A stretch of DNA of 64,000 nucleotides from an uncultured Lentisphaeria bacterium (lineage in GTDB: Bacteria; Verrucomicrobiota; Lentisphaeria; JABSQK01; JAJFLO01). The notes below the pieces were generated by a model. The model was not told the DNA's origin. It saw only the letters and a program-made list of their open reading frames with translations, and searched no databases. Positions 43,924 to 53,966 of this stretch are shown one piece after another. Numbering within the stretch: the stretch's first letter is position 1; each line of letters opens with the position of its first letter. The stretch spans positions 960,108 through 1,024,107 of the forward strand of contig OX638337.1 of NCBI GenBank assembly GCA_951812855.1. Reading direction: 5' to 3'. The position numbers and the translations under genes were made by a program.

Positions 43924-44322
43924 ATGAATGATTCTATAGACTTAACTTCTCAAAATCCAACTTGCCCTTTAGGAAGACAGATACTGGTAGATTTATATGA
44001 TTGTGATACAGACTGTCTTAATCATGTCGAGGTAATAAAAACAATACTGATTGAGGTTGCTGATTCAATAAATACAAATGTTATTGATTCATCATTTCAT
44101 GAATTTTCACCCTGTGGTGTAAGTGGCGTACTTATTATTTCTGAAAGCCATATTGCTATTCATACATGGCCGGAACTCGGCTTTGCAGCGGTTGATGTAT
44201 TTACATGTGGAGATAGACTCAACCCTGATTTAATTCAATCTGAATTCGGTCGTCGGTTTGGAGCGAAGCGTTCCGAAAAGCAGATAATTTATCGTGGAAA
44301 TGAACGAATGAAACAGTCATAA
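43924..44322 (+). CDS. speH: S-adenosylmethionine decarboxylase proenzyme (small pyruvoyl-dependent class)
   Basis: 132-aa ORF; self-cleavage/pyruvoyl site motif …LIISESHIAIHTWPE…. Confidence 0.8.
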   Translation: MNDSIDLTSQNPTCPLGRQILVDLYDCDTDCLNHVEVIKTILIEVADSINTNVIDSSFHEFSPCGVSGVLIISESHIAIHTWPELGFAAVDVFTCGDRLNPDLIQSEFGRRFGAKRSEKQIIYRGNERMKQS

Positions 44323-44370
44323 ACTCTTCCCTGTGTTGTAGTGTGAATTTAATAATTTTCTGATATTACA

Positions 44371-45726
44371 ATGGTTAACGTCGATAAAATAACTAAATAT
44401 TGTTTAGGAAATTTCAGTAATTTAAAAAATCAGATGATTTCTCAGGATCATGCATCAGATTTTGAAATTGATTTTGAAATTACGTACATATTATTCCTGG
44501 CATCACATATTGATGGAGATCTTACGTATAGGGAAAATCAGTTTTCCGAAAGCGTTGGGGACTGTCTTGGCTGGTCTGAATTCTATGCGTCACTGCTGAC
44601 TTCCAGGGTACTTAAACAGCCATCATACCAAATAGAGCATTTAAAAATTGCTCATAAGCATAAGAAATTTGGTTATACGCTGTTTCATCTCGCCTATTGC
44701 ATGGTGCTTATTGACGGTGATTTAAATGTAGACGAGCGGGCGTTTATCGGCAACTTAAGAGATTCTCTTTTTGGAGATTCCAAAGAAATCTGTGAAGAAA
44801 TAGAACTGAATATCAATGATGTATTTGAGGGGAAAATGAACAGAGTTCCAACCGAATTTGATCTAAATGATTTCAGTGGTATTACAAACAGTGTTGATGA
44901 TGAAACGGTCAGTTTGAAAGAATGTATGGAGGAACTTGACAGTCTGGTTGGATTAGATCATGTCAAAGATGAAATAAAAAAATTAATCAGCTATTTGAAT
45001 ATTCAAAAAAAACGGCGTGAATTGGACTTGTCATGTACAAATTTATCGTTACACATGGTATTTACCGGAAACCCGGGCACAGGAAAAACAACCGTCGCAC
45101 GATTAATCGCTAAAATTTATAATGCATTGGGTTTTTTAGATAAAGGGCATTTAGTAGAAACTGATCGGAGCGGGCTTGTTGGGCAGTATGTTGGCCATAC
45201 TGAAATTAAGACATCTGAAGTGATAAACAAAGCACTTGACGGGATCCTGTTCATTGATGAAGCATACAGTTTGCATAAAGATTCAGAAAGTGATTTTGGT
45301 GAAGAGGCAATAGACACTCTGGTTAAAAGGTTGGAAGATCATCGTGACCGTTTAGTTGTCATTGCAGCTGGATATGAGGGGGAAATGCATGAGTTTATTG
45401 ACTCTAATCCAGGTATGCGGTCACGCTTTAACACCTATATAAATTTTTCAAATTATTCCTCAAAAGAATTGTTTGAGATATTCGAATTAATGAGTAAAGA
45501 AAATGATTATCTTCTTGATAAGAGTGCTGCCTCAAAGTTGTTACAAGTCTTTGAATCCAAAGTTGAAAATGCTGGAACAGGATTTGGTAATGGTCGATTC
45601 GCACGCAATTTATTTGAACAAATTCTGCGAAATCAGGCCCTTCGGCTGAGCGAAGTCAATAACCTTGCCAAAGAGGACTTGATTACAATTAAAGCCCAGG
45701 ATATACAATCTGCAGTTTTAGATTAA
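44371..45726 (+). CDS. AAA+ ATPase (CbbX/SpoVK-like) with N-terminal TerB-like tandem motifs
   Basis: 451-aa ORF; Walker A FTGNPGTGKTTVARLIA, Walker B ILFIDEAYSL; N-terminal repeats …HIDGDLTYRENQF… and …LIDGDLNVDERAFI… resembling TerB/DjlA-N type motifs. Confidence 0.75.
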   Translation: MVNVDKITKYCLGNFSNLKNQMISQDHASDFEIDFEITYILFLASHIDGDLTYRENQFSESVGDCLGWSEFYASLLTSRVLKQPSYQIEHLKIAHKHKKFGYTLFHLAYCMVLIDGDLNVDERAFIGNLRDSLFGDSKEICEEIELNINDVFEGKMNRVPTEFDLNDFSGITNSVDDETVSLKECMEELDSLVGLDHVKDEIKKLISYLNIQKKRRELDLSCTNLSLHMVFTGNPGTGKTTVARLIAKIYNALGFLDKGHLVETDRSGLVGQYVGHTEIKTSEVINKALDGILFIDEAYSLHKDSESDFGEEAIDTLVKRLEDHRDRLVVIAAGYEGEMHEFIDSNPGMRSRFNTYINFSNYSSKELFEIFELMSKENDYLLDKSAASKLLQVFESKVENAGTGFGNGRFARNLFEQILRNQALRLSEVNNLAKEDLITIKAQDIQSAVLD

Positions 45727-45815
45727 AAAGTACTTCCTTTAAACCCGTTGTGAGTCGTGATTTAGATAATACCATTCGTAACGGGTTAGATAAAGATTGA
45801 CAGTTTGAGGTTGAG

Positions 45816-47078
45816 TCAGAAAAAGCCTCTGACAGCATTGGCAAACCCTTCAATTTCCTGTTTCGTATGAACTGCTGATACAAAACATACTTCGAATTGC
45901 GAGGGTGGAATGTAATACCCTGCTGACAGCATGTAATGAAAGAATCTTGAATATTTCTCTGTATCACATTGTTTTGCGTCCTCTAAATCGGAAATTGAAT
46001 TTTCGTTGAAAAATAGTGTAAAGACACCATCTAAATGGGCCAGTGTACATAATCCATTTTTAAATTGTTCGGTACCCTCCAACCCCTCAAGGATTTGTGC
46101 ATTTTGTTTTATTCTGTCATATACGTTATGAGATTTGAGAATCTTTAATGTTGTTATACCGGCAGTAACAGCGATTGGATTGCCGCTCAGGGTTCCGGCT
46201 TGATAGACATTTCCTAACGGCGATAATTTGTCCATTATCTTACGTTGCCCACCCAATGCTCCTATTGGCAGCCCCCCGCCGATAATCTTGCCAAGACAGG
46301 TAATGTCTGGAGTTACATTACAAATCGTTCCGTATGTTGTTGGTCCAAATCGAAAACCTGTAATCACTTCATCAAAAATTAAAAGTGCACCATACTCTTC
46401 TGTTATTCGTCGTAATCCGGCTAAAAAGCCGTCTTCTGGTTTTACCAGTCCCATATTGCCGGCTACCGGCTCAATGATGATTGCGGCGATCTCGGAACCC
46501 CGGTTCTTAAAAATAGATTCAATGGCTTCGAGGTTATTGTAAGGTGCAGCAAAAGTATCTTTTATAATATTTTCAGAAATTCCCTCAGATAAATGGATTG
46601 CTCCGGTTAGTAAACCGCTTCCTCCTGATACAAGCAGTGAATCTGAATGGCCGTGGTAACATCCATCAAATTTAACTATTTTTGATCGATTTGTATATCC
46701 TTTAGCTAAGCGCAGTGCTGTCATTGTTGCTTCTGTCCCCGAATTTACTAAACGAACTTTTTCAAAATAAGGAATTTGCCGGCAAAGGAATTCGGCTAAT
46801 TCTATTTCTAATTCAGTGGTGGCTCCAAACGTCAGCCCGTTGTCGGCGGCAACTTTAACTGCATTGATTACTTCAGGGTGGGCATGTCCCAGAATCAGCG
46901 GGCCCCAGGATCCGCAGTAATCTGTTAACGTTTGGCCATCTGCAGTAATTAATTTGCTGCCGGACCCGCGTTCGATGTGAATGGGGATACCGCCGACTGC
47001 ATTCCACGCACGTACTGGACTGTTTACCCCTCCGGGAATTACTCTATTTGCCCGAATTGAAAGATTTTTTGATGTCAT
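45816..47078 (-). CDS. hemL: Glutamate-1-semialdehyde 2,1-aminomutase
   Basis: 420-aa ORF; class III aminotransferase motifs (…RVIPGGVNSPVRAW…, …LIFDEVITGFR…) and HemL-specific N-terminus. Confidence 0.9.
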   Translation of the reverse strand: MTSKNLSIRANRVIPGGVNSPVRAWNAVGGIPIHIERGSGSKLITADGQTLTDYCGSWGPLILGHAHPEVINAVKVAADNGLTFGATTELEIELAEFLCRQIPYFEKVRLVNSGTEATMTALRLAKGYTNRSKIVKFDGCYHGHSDSLLVSGGSGLLTGAIHLSEGISENIIKDTFAAPYNNLEAIESIFKNRGSEIAAIIIEPVAGNMGLVKPEDGFLAGLRRITEEYGALLIFDEVITGFRFGPTTYGTICNVTPDITCLGKIIGGGLPIGALGGQRKIMDKLSPLGNVYQAGTLSGNPIAVTAGITTLKILKSHNVYDRIKQNAQILEGLEGTEQFKNGLCTLAHLDGVFTLFFNENSISDLEDAKQCDTEKYSRFFHYMLSAGYYIPPSQFEVCFVSAVHTKQEIEGFANAVRGFF

Positions 47079-47204
47079 TAAGTTATTATATCGAGTTTAC
47101 TATTCTGTAAACTGGTATTCTGATTGATTGATTAAACAAGTTTTTTGCAAATGATAAATAATGCGGACATCAAGTGTCATGCTTCCAGTAAACCTGTAAG
47201 CACA

Positions 47205-47801
47205 TTATTTCCATTTCCGGGTATCAAATAAATTTTTTGAACATGCATTATGGATTGCACAAGTCCGATGACTAATCGAATTTTTTATAGATTTATCCAA
47301 TTCGCCGAATGTTTTTTGATAACCGTCCGGAATAAATATTGGATCATATCCGAATCCATTTTTCCCTGCGGGTTCACGTGCAATACTTCCCCTGACTTCC
47401 CCCTCGGTTGTGTCAATAATACCATGGGGTGTTGCGAATGCCAAAACACAAACATATCGAGCACTGCGGTTAGGATTTTTACCCAGTTTTTTGAGGATTA
47501 AGTCATTTTTGTCAACATCACTTAAATTTTCTCCGCCATATCGTGCGGAATAAATTCCAGGCTCTGCATTGAGTGAAAACACTTCTAAACCAGAATCTTC
47601 TGCAAAAATATTCCGGCCAGTGTAAGCAGCAATCTCTAAAGCCTTTTTTTGGGCGTTATCTTCGAATGTCTTTCCATCTTCTATAACTTCAGGGAGCTTC
47701 CAAATATGGCTCGCATTTTCTACAGACAAACCAAGTTCTGATAAAACATCATTGAACTCTTTAATCTTATTATTATTGGATGTGGCTGCATACAGGGTCA
47801 T
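47205..47801 (-). CDS. rdgB: Non-canonical purine NTP pyrophosphatase (RdgB/Ham1 family)
   Basis: 198-aa ORF; Ham1 motifs …ATSNNNKIKEF… and …GFGYDPIFIPDGY…SHR…. Confidence 0.85.
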   Translation of the reverse strand: MTLYAATSNNNKIKEFNDVLSELGLSVENASHIWKLPEVIEDGKTFEDNAQKKALEIAAYTGRNIFAEDSGLEVFSLNAEPGIYSARYGGENLSDVDKNDLILKKLGKNPNRSARYVCVLAFATPHGIIDTTEGEVRGSIAREPAGKNGFGYDPIFIPDGYQKTFGELDKSIKNSISHRTCAIHNACSKNLFDTRKWK

Positions 47802-47823
47802 CTTTTTTCAATCTTAACCCATT

Positions 47824-48153
47824 TTAATCTTTGACAAGTTCTTTCGATTTTTCTTTTCTGCGTATGTGTTTATCTCTTAATTTACTGAGGAATTTTCCCA
47901 ATTGTTTATCCGCCTTTTCAAGGGCATTATCGATTGATTGGCGTTGGGTAAGTTCTTTTGATTTTGCCTCGATGGAAATATTCTTGCCATGGAGAATAAC
48001 TTCCGTATAAAACAAGTTCTTCTGATGATCCAGTACAACCCTGGCAGAGGTGAGTTTGTTATACTCAGCTTCGATTTTGTCCAGTGCATTGTAGATATAC
48101 CGTTTTAAGTTTTCATCTAAATTCTGATGTCTTCCAGCAATAATTTTTTCCAT
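47824..48153 (-). CDS. hpf: Ribosome hibernation promoting factor (short HPF/RaiA family)
   Basis: 109-aa ORF; HPF-like pattern …IIAGRHQNLDENLKRYI…VVLDHQKN…; 13 bp downstream of lptB. Confidence 0.7.
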   Translation of the reverse strand: MEKIIAGRHQNLDENLKRYIYNALDKIEAEYNKLTSARVVLDHQKNLFYTEVILHGKNISIEAKSKELTQRQSIDNALEKADKQLGKFLSKLRDKHIRRKEKSKELVKD

Positions 48154-48166
48154 AATGTAATCCGTT

Positions 48167-48895
48167 CTATTCTGAAAATTGTGGGCCTAAGTAAACGTCT
48201 TTTGCTTTTTCATCATTTATTAAATATTCCCGATCTCCTTCACATATTATTTTCCCTTCATAAATCAAGTATGCACGATCAACTATGGCTAATGTCTCTC
48301 TCACATTATGATCTGTAATGAGGATTCCTAATCCACGATCTTTTAAGTTTTCAATTAGTTTTTGAACATCATGAACTGCCAATGGATCCACCCCGCTAAA
48401 TGGCTCATCCAACATGATAAAACTTGGATTTGTTACGAGTGCACGGGTTATTTCTAATCGTCTTCGCTCACCTCCACTCAATGTATACGCTTTCTGTTTT
48501 GCTAAAACGGTTAGTCCTAATCCATCGAGGAGATGGTTTAACCGTTCCTGTCTTTTTTCCTTAGAGATATCCAGGGTTTCCAGGATGCTCATAATATTAT
48601 CTTCTACTGTCATTTTTCTGAAGACAGACGGTTCCTGTGATAAATAACCAAGCCCTAATCGTGCTCGTTTGTACATGGGAAGATTTGAAACGTCCCTGTC
48701 ATTAAATATGATGCTCCCTGAGTCTGGTTTGACGAGACCGACGATCAGATAGAAGCTGGTTGTTTTACCTGCACCATTGGGGCCTAAAAGCCCAACGATT
48801 TCACCATGACCTATCGTAACATTTATACCGTTGATAATCTGTTTGCTGCGATAGGACTTTTTCAATCCGTTTACGGATAAAAGATGCTCACTCAC
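48167..48895 (-). CDS. lptB: LPS export ABC transporter ATP-binding protein LptB
   Basis: ABC ATPase motifs (…GLLGPNGAGKTTSFY…, …LSGGERRRLEITRAL…, …FIMLDEPFSGVDP…); track ORF extends to 48949 but overlaps lptA, so a GTG start at 48895 adjoining the lptA stop is more likely. Confidence 0.85.
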   Translation of the reverse strand: MSEHLLSVNGLKKSYRSKQIINGINVTIGHGEIVGLLGPNGAGKTTSFYLIVGLVKPDSGSIIFNDRDVSNLPMYKRARLGLGYLSQEPSVFRKMTVEDNIMSILETLDISKEKRQERLNHLLDGLGLTVLAKQKAYTLSGGERRRLEITRALVTNPSFIMLDEPFSGVDPLAVHDVQKLIENLKDRGLGILITDHNVRETLAIVDRAYLIYEGKIICEGDREYLINDEKAKDVYLGPQFSE

Positions 48896-49460
48896 GTTTA
48901 CCGTCTTTTGATTTAGGGTTTGTAAACAAATTGTTGAGGGGATGATCATCGCTTTCAGATTTTTTGATGACTAAATGTACTTTCCCTCCCTCTGTTTTGA
49001 ATTTCCCTTTATCTCTTGAGTAAATAATTTTTTCTGCACCCTCAATCTGATTATAGCCTTTGATCAAAACAGGTTTATTTGAAAGAATAACATTACCTTT
49101 GGCAAAATCATAAACCGCGTTGCCGCCAACAGCCTCATTATTGTCAGAAATGATTTTTACATTACCGTCTGCTTCTATTTTTCTTAAATCATCATTCTCA
49201 TCAAATTCTACAGTTAATTTATCGGCATTCATTGTCAGTTTTTCATCCTCAATTGTAACATTCCCGACAAAAACAGCCTGTTTTTTATTAATGTCGAAAT
49301 CAAGGGTATCCGATGTAATATCTGTAAATAATGATACAATTTCCTTTATAACCTCGGTTGTTGTGTCTTTTTCATTTTCAGCTGTTGAAAGCTGGGAAAT
49401 AAAAAGAAAACCTGAGAAAATTGAAATAATAAGATATAAAATGTGTCTGGTACAATTCAT
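48888..49460 (-). CDS. lptA: Periplasmic LPS transport protein LptA (OstA-like N-terminal domain)
   Basis: 190-aa ORF with signal peptide; OstA-like beta-jellyroll repeats (…AVFVGNVTIEDEKLTMNADKLTV…ADGNVKIISDNNEAVGGNAVYD…). Confidence 0.7.
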   Translation of the reverse strand: MNCTRHILYLIISIFSGFLFISQLSTAENEKDTTTEVIKEIVSLFTDITSDTLDFDINKKQAVFVGNVTIEDEKLTMNADKLTVEFDENDDLRKIEADGNVKIISDNNEAVGGNAVYDFAKGNVILSNKPVLIKGYNQIEGAEKIIYSRDKGKFKTEGGKVHLVIKKSESDDHPLNNLFTNPKSKDGKRE

Positions 49461-49465
49461 TTCAA

Positions 49466-49882
49466 TTATTGACCAAGCAGATTAACATTTTTATTAAAAA
49501 TCCTCATTTTCACGTTATGCCTGATGAAAAGATGTTGCTTTTCAAACAATAAGTCAAAACCAATTCCATCAACGGTGAATGACTGACTGCGGAAGTGAAC
49601 CCGGCGATCACTGCTGCATACCTTTTCGATTTGGTTTAAGGTACACTCCGGACTAAATAAGCGCATATCCCCAGCACTTTTATTGAACAGTACGTGGACA
49701 TTACTCAACTTACCGATATTGCCTGAGAATACTGCTTTTTTTCCGCTGATAATATAACTAAGGCCACCAAGCTTAAAATTATCTATTGCGACTCTCTCAT
49801 TAAAAAAGTCACCCTCAGCAAGCGATGGCAGAATGATCAGGAATACTGTGCTGATAATTAATGATGCTCTATAATTTTTCAT
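49466..49882 (-). CDS. LptC-like membrane-anchored periplasmic protein (tentative)
   Basis: 138-aa ORF; N-terminal TM anchor then beta-rich region; position between kdsC and lptA matches the conserved kdsC-lptC-lptA-lptB order. Confidence 0.45.
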   Translation of the reverse strand: MKNYRASLIISTVFLIILPSLAEGDFFNERVAIDNFKLGGLSYIISGKKAVFSGNIGKLSNVHVLFNKSAGDMRLFSPECTLNQIEKVCSSDRRVHFRSQSFTVDGIGFDLLFEKQHLFIRHNVKMRIFNKNVNLLGQ

Positions 49883-50408
49883 TTTCTTCTTCAGTCAAAT
49901 AGGGCTGCATAGCATTTTCCCATTGACCCTTTTCATTTAAGAGTCTAACAATTATTTCTCTGACGGCTCCCTTGCCTCCGGCTAACGTTGACTGCCAATC
50001 GGAACATTTTTTAACCTCATCTACAGCATCGGCAACACATGCGCCAATCCCGGCTTTTCTTAAAACCGGTATGTCGATGACATCGTCACCGATATATAAG
50101 CATTCTTTAGCAGTTAAATTGTTGTCTGTTAATATTTGTTCAAATGCAATTGCTTTATTAATTTTTCCTTCATATAAGAAGCTTAAATTAAGTTCTTCAG
50201 CCCGCTTTCGGGTTGCGTTATCTGATCTCCCCGTTAGAATCCCAACCTTATATCCGGCATTCAGTGCTGTTTTTATTGCATGACCATCTTTGGTATTAAA
50301 GAATTTAATCACCTCATTGCCATTATATCCCAAAATGCCGTCGGTCAGGACTCCGTCAACATCAAGTATTATAGTATTTACAGAGTTAATTTTTTCGGAA
50401 TAGGTCAT
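49869..50408 (-). CDS. kdsC: 3-deoxy-D-manno-octulosonate 8-phosphate phosphatase (HAD family)
   Basis: 179-aa ORF; HAD motif I …IILDVDGVLTDG… and KdsC-like C-terminus. Confidence 0.8.
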   Translation of the reverse strand: MTYSEKINSVNTIILDVDGVLTDGILGYNGNEVIKFFNTKDGHAIKTALNAGYKVGILTGRSDNATRKRAEELNLSFLYEGKINKAIAFEQILTDNNLTAKECLYIGDDVIDIPVLRKAGIGACVADAVDEVKKCSDWQSTLAGGKGAVREIIVRLLNEKGQWENAMQPYLTEEENEKL

Positions 50409-51216
50409 GGATTTTTACTGCTTGAAGCAGGGATTGTTTAATTTTAGACAGTGGAATTGAATTGGGTCCATCTGATTTTGCTTCCTCTGGATTCGGATGT
50501 GTTTCAAGAAAAAGACCATCTATACCCACGGCTGCTGCTGCACGCACTAAAGGAAGAATAAATTCTCGTTGACCGCCACTGGATTTTCCCTGTCCTCCAG
50601 GTAACTGGACAGAATGGGTCGCATCAAATATAACCGGAACATTTAAGGACCGCATGATAACCAATGAGCGCATATCTACAACAAGATTTTTATAACCAAA
50701 GGTAGTTCCTCTTTCTGTTACCAACACATTTTTATTTCCGGTAGATAGAACCTTTTCAACTGCAGATTGCATATCCCGGGGTGCCATGAATTGTCCTTTT
50801 TTGATATTAATGGTGCGTTTGCTATTTCCAGCTTCTATTAATAAATCTGTTTGCCGACATAAAAATGCAGGTATTTGCAGGATATCCGCGACGTGGCTGA
50901 CGGGTTCAATTTGACTGATTTCATGGATATCAGTCACGATGGGAATAGAGAGTGAGTCTTTTATGTGTTTAAGTATTTCTAATCCTTTTTCAAGTCCCGG
51001 ACCACGAAAAGAATCAATACTCGTGCGATTTGCTTTATCAAATGAGGCCTTGAAAATATAGGATATACCCAATTCATGACATACATTTTTGAGTGTTGTG
51101 GCTATTTCAATGCACATAGTTTCGTTTTCAATAACACATGGACCGGAAATAACCAAAAGCGGATGTGCCGTCCCGATAATCATCGAATCTGTAATTTTTA
51201 CTTCCATATTATTCAT
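50386..51216 (-). CDS. kdsA: 2-dehydro-3-deoxyphosphooctonate aldolase (Kdo8P synthase)
   Basis: 276-aa ORF; conserved KdsA blocks (…VIFDATHSVQLPGGQGKSSGGQREF…, …GLFLETHPNPEEAKSDGPN…). Confidence 0.9.
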   Translation of the reverse strand: MNNMEVKITDSMIIGTAHPLLVISGPCVIENETMCIEIATTLKNVCHELGISYIFKASFDKANRTSIDSFRGPGLEKGLEILKHIKDSLSIPIVTDIHEISQIEPVSHVADILQIPAFLCRQTDLLIEAGNSKRTINIKKGQFMAPRDMQSAVEKVLSTGNKNVLVTERGTTFGYKNLVVDMRSLVIMRSLNVPVIFDATHSVQLPGGQGKSSGGQREFILPLVRAAAAVGIDGLFLETHPNPEEAKSDGPNSIPLSKIKQSLLQAVKIHDLFRKN

Positions 51217-51231
51217 TTGGCCGAATAAATT

Positions 51232-51984
51232 TTATATTTTAGAAAGGCGTAATTTTTGTTCTACTCTTTTGATATCCTCAGGGACATCCACACCTATGGT
51301 ATCGTTATCTGTTATAATGACTGAAATTTTAACTCCATGTTCGAGTGCACGAAGTTGTTCCAGTTTTTCAGCACGTTCTAAATTACTCCGGGGCCATTTT
51401 ACAAATTGTTTTAAGAAACGTGTTTTATACGCATAAATCCCCCAATGTTTTAACGGTTGTGCTGCATTATCAGTATTATCCCTGAAATAAGGTATTGCTG
51501 CTCTGCTGAAATATAGTGCAAACTTATCTTTGTCTATGACAACTTTAACGGTATTCGGATCATGGCAGTCATTATTGTCTGGACAGAATGGAACCGCAAT
51601 TGTTCCCATTTCAACGTGTTCCTGCTGTTTCATTACAGTAATTAATTCATTAATCACTGATATTGACACTAATGGTTCATCTGCCTGTACATTTACAATA
51701 ATATCAGTATCTATATCTTCGATAACCTCAGCGATCCTGTCACTTCCTGTAGTGTGGTCAGGTGATGTCATTACAGCGGTTCCGCCGAATGATTTGACAC
51801 ATTGTAAAATTCGATCGTCATCGGTTGCAACAATTGTCTGGAGAACATCTGCAGAGGATGTTTGTTCATAAACCCGCTGAATCATGGGTTTGCCCGCGAT
51901 TTCAGCTAATGGCTTTCCTGGAAATCGTTCACTGGCGTAGCGGGCAGGTATAATTGCAATGACACGTTTATTTTTACGATCCAT
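51232..51984 (-). CDS. kdsB: 3-deoxy-manno-octulosonate cytidylyltransferase (CMP-Kdo synthetase)
   Basis: 250-aa ORF; N-terminus …VIAIIPARYASERFPGKPLAEIAGKPMIQRVYE… diagnostic for KdsB. Confidence 0.9.
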   Translation of the reverse strand: MDRKNKRVIAIIPARYASERFPGKPLAEIAGKPMIQRVYEQTSSADVLQTIVATDDDRILQCVKSFGGTAVMTSPDHTTGSDRIAEVIEDIDTDIIVNVQADEPLVSISVINELITVMKQQEHVEMGTIAVPFCPDNNDCHDPNTVKVVIDKDKFALYFSRAAIPYFRDNTDNAAQPLKHWGIYAYKTRFLKQFVKWPRSNLERAEKLEQLRALEHGVKISVIITDNDTIGVDVPEDIKRVEQKLRLSKI

Positions 51985-52010
51985 CTATACAACGGGTTAG
52001 GGTTATATTA

Positions 52011-53096
52011 TTAAAATTCAATAGAGTATGGAGCCGGATCTATAATTGGTAAACGATTTAGAATTATATCGGCTAATAATCTTGCAGATGCGGGAGCTAA
52101 CAGAATTCCATTGCGGTAGTGCCCTGTATTGACGTATAGATTCTGAATATTAGGTATTTTTCCTATTAATGGCAATCCAGATTCTGAAAACGGTCGTAAT
52201 CCGGACCAATGTCGAATCGTTTTACAGTTAGACAACTCAGGGACTAATTCTATTGCGAACTTTTTTAGTGCTTTCAAACCATCCTCAGTAATATTTTTAT
52301 TAAATCCTGCATTTTCTACAGTGCTGCCGGATAAAACCAAGCCATCCGTTCTGGGAATCAAATATAGCTCATTTTTTAATATAATCTGCGAAAATAGATT
52401 CTTATTACATTTAAATGAAATCATTTGGCCGCGAACCGGAGAAATTTTTAGATTGCAACGATTTGATTTCACCAAGTTTCCACTCCAGGCACCACTCGCA
52501 ATAATGATGTTGTCAGAAAGATAATTGCTGTTGTTTAGTTTAAATCCTAAACACCTTTGATTTTCAATTAGCAGGTTTTCAATACAGGATTGTTCTAAAA
52601 TAGAAACTCCCTGTTGTAATAAATAGACTTTTAGTGCTTCCAATAATAATGGATTTCGAATCTGGTATATGTCAGGTAAAAATAATGCAGAATGATATTT
52701 CTTATTCAAATTAGGAGCCAATCTGGCTAATTCATTTTTACTCAACCTATCTGTATTGATATCTTGTTTTTCTGCCCATGAAAAACATTGATCCATATCA
52801 TGCGAGCCGATGATCATCATTCCACTCTTTGTGAGTTCTGGATTGATTTGTGTTGAATTTATCAACTCTTCAACTAAGCTTTGGTAATTGTTTTGTGACC
52901 ACTGTGCCAGATCAGATATAGCCCGGGGTACTTTCCAGGGAGAGAGGGCTGAAAGGATACCGCCTCCTGCCCATGATGATTCATTTCCAGTAGTGCCTGA
53001 ATCTACTAACAGAACGGACATTTCAGATTTAATAAGTTCTTTTGCGGTCAATAGCCCGATAATGCCGCCACCGATTATGATGCTGTCATATTTCAT
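52011..53096 (-). CDS. FAD-dependent oxidoreductase (glycine/D-amino-acid oxidase family)
   Basis: 361-aa ORF; N-terminal FAD-binding fingerprint …YDSIIIGGGIIGLLTAKEL…; substrate not assignable from sequence alone. Confidence 0.7.
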   Translation of the reverse strand: MKYDSIIIGGGIIGLLTAKELIKSEMSVLLVDSGTTGNESSWAGGGILSALSPWKVPRAISDLAQWSQNNYQSLVEELINSTQINPELTKSGMMIIGSHDMDQCFSWAEKQDINTDRLSKNELARLAPNLNKKYHSALFLPDIYQIRNPLLLEALKVYLLQQGVSILEQSCIENLLIENQRCLGFKLNNSNYLSDNIIIASGAWSGNLVKSNRCNLKISPVRGQMISFKCNKNLFSQIILKNELYLIPRTDGLVLSGSTVENAGFNKNITEDGLKALKKFAIELVPELSNCKTIRHWSGLRPFSESGLPLIGKIPNIQNLYVNTGHYRNGILLAPASARLLADIILNRLPIIDPAPYSIEF

Positions 53097-53121
53097 AGAT
53101 TCTGAATTCAGATGATTTAAT

Positions 53122-53862
53122 TTGATAAATAAACAATTTTATGAGGGTCATTATATTACTATGATTTATTACGGTATAAATCCGGTCTTTGAATCTTTGA
53201 ATTCAAACAATTTGCCGGACACAATTTACACTGCTGCATCAAAGGACAGTTCAACGATTAATTCCATAATTCGTATAGCAGAAAAGAAAAATATACCTGT
53301 CATTCGAAAACTGGATCTGAAAAAACTCTGTCAGTCGGATAATCATCAGGGAGTGTGTGCACATATTGCAAGCTTAAATGAGCATAATTTATTTCAAACT
53401 GAAATTTCAACAAATAGATTTATTATGTTTGATGGTATACAGGATCCGCATAATTTTGGTGCTGCATTGAGAGTGTGTGAGGTATTTGGTTTCAAGCATG
53501 TAATTTTTCATAAAGGCAATTCCAGTGGACTTACTTCGACCGCAATCAAGGTATCTTCTGGTGCCGCATTTCACCTTAATCTGTATCAGACAAACCTGAA
53601 TTCAGCGATAAAGAGACTAAAACATCTTAATTTCCAAATTTGTATTTTAGACAACAACAGTGAGCAAAGCATATATGAAATAACGTTTCCGAAAAAGATT
53701 TGTTTTGTAATTGGCTCAGAAAATAAAGGAGTTCGTTTTTCGATTAAACGAAAATCAGATATTACAATGAAAATTCCGCTTTTGGGTAAGGTTGATTCAC
53801 TGAATGTTTCGTGTGCACTGTCAGCTGTATTGTCAGTATATACAGGCTTTGCGTCAGAGTGA
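53122..53862 (+). CDS. SpoU/TrmH-family RNA 2'-O-methyltransferase (RlmB-like, with N-terminal substrate-binding domain)
   Basis: 246-aa ORF; SPOUT motifs (…FDGIQDPHNFGAALRVCEVFG…, …IGSENKGV…, …LNVSCALSAVLS…). Confidence 0.75.
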   Translation: MINKQFYEGHYITMIYYGINPVFESLNSNNLPDTIYTAASKDSSTINSIIRIAEKKNIPVIRKLDLKKLCQSDNHQGVCAHIASLNEHNLFQTEISTNRFIMFDGIQDPHNFGAALRVCEVFGFKHVIFHKGNSSGLTSTAIKVSSGAAFHLNLYQTNLNSAIKRLKHLNFQICILDNNSEQSIYEITFPKKICFVIGSENKGVRFSIKRKSDITMKIPLLGKVDSLNVSCALSAVLSVYTGFASE

Positions 53863-53966
53863 AGATGAGATATCTTCTCAGAAATATGAATTGCCGGTCT
53901 TTTTATGAAAACATCAGACCTAATCGAATACAACAAATTGAACGAGAATCACAAAGTTTGGAAAAA

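Noticed and set aside
45727-45815. Inverted repeat ACCCGTT…AACGGGT between the convergent TerB-AAA and hemL genes, considered as a bidirectional terminator
   Set aside because: Arms are 30 nt apart and there is no flanking T/A-run; could be coincidental.
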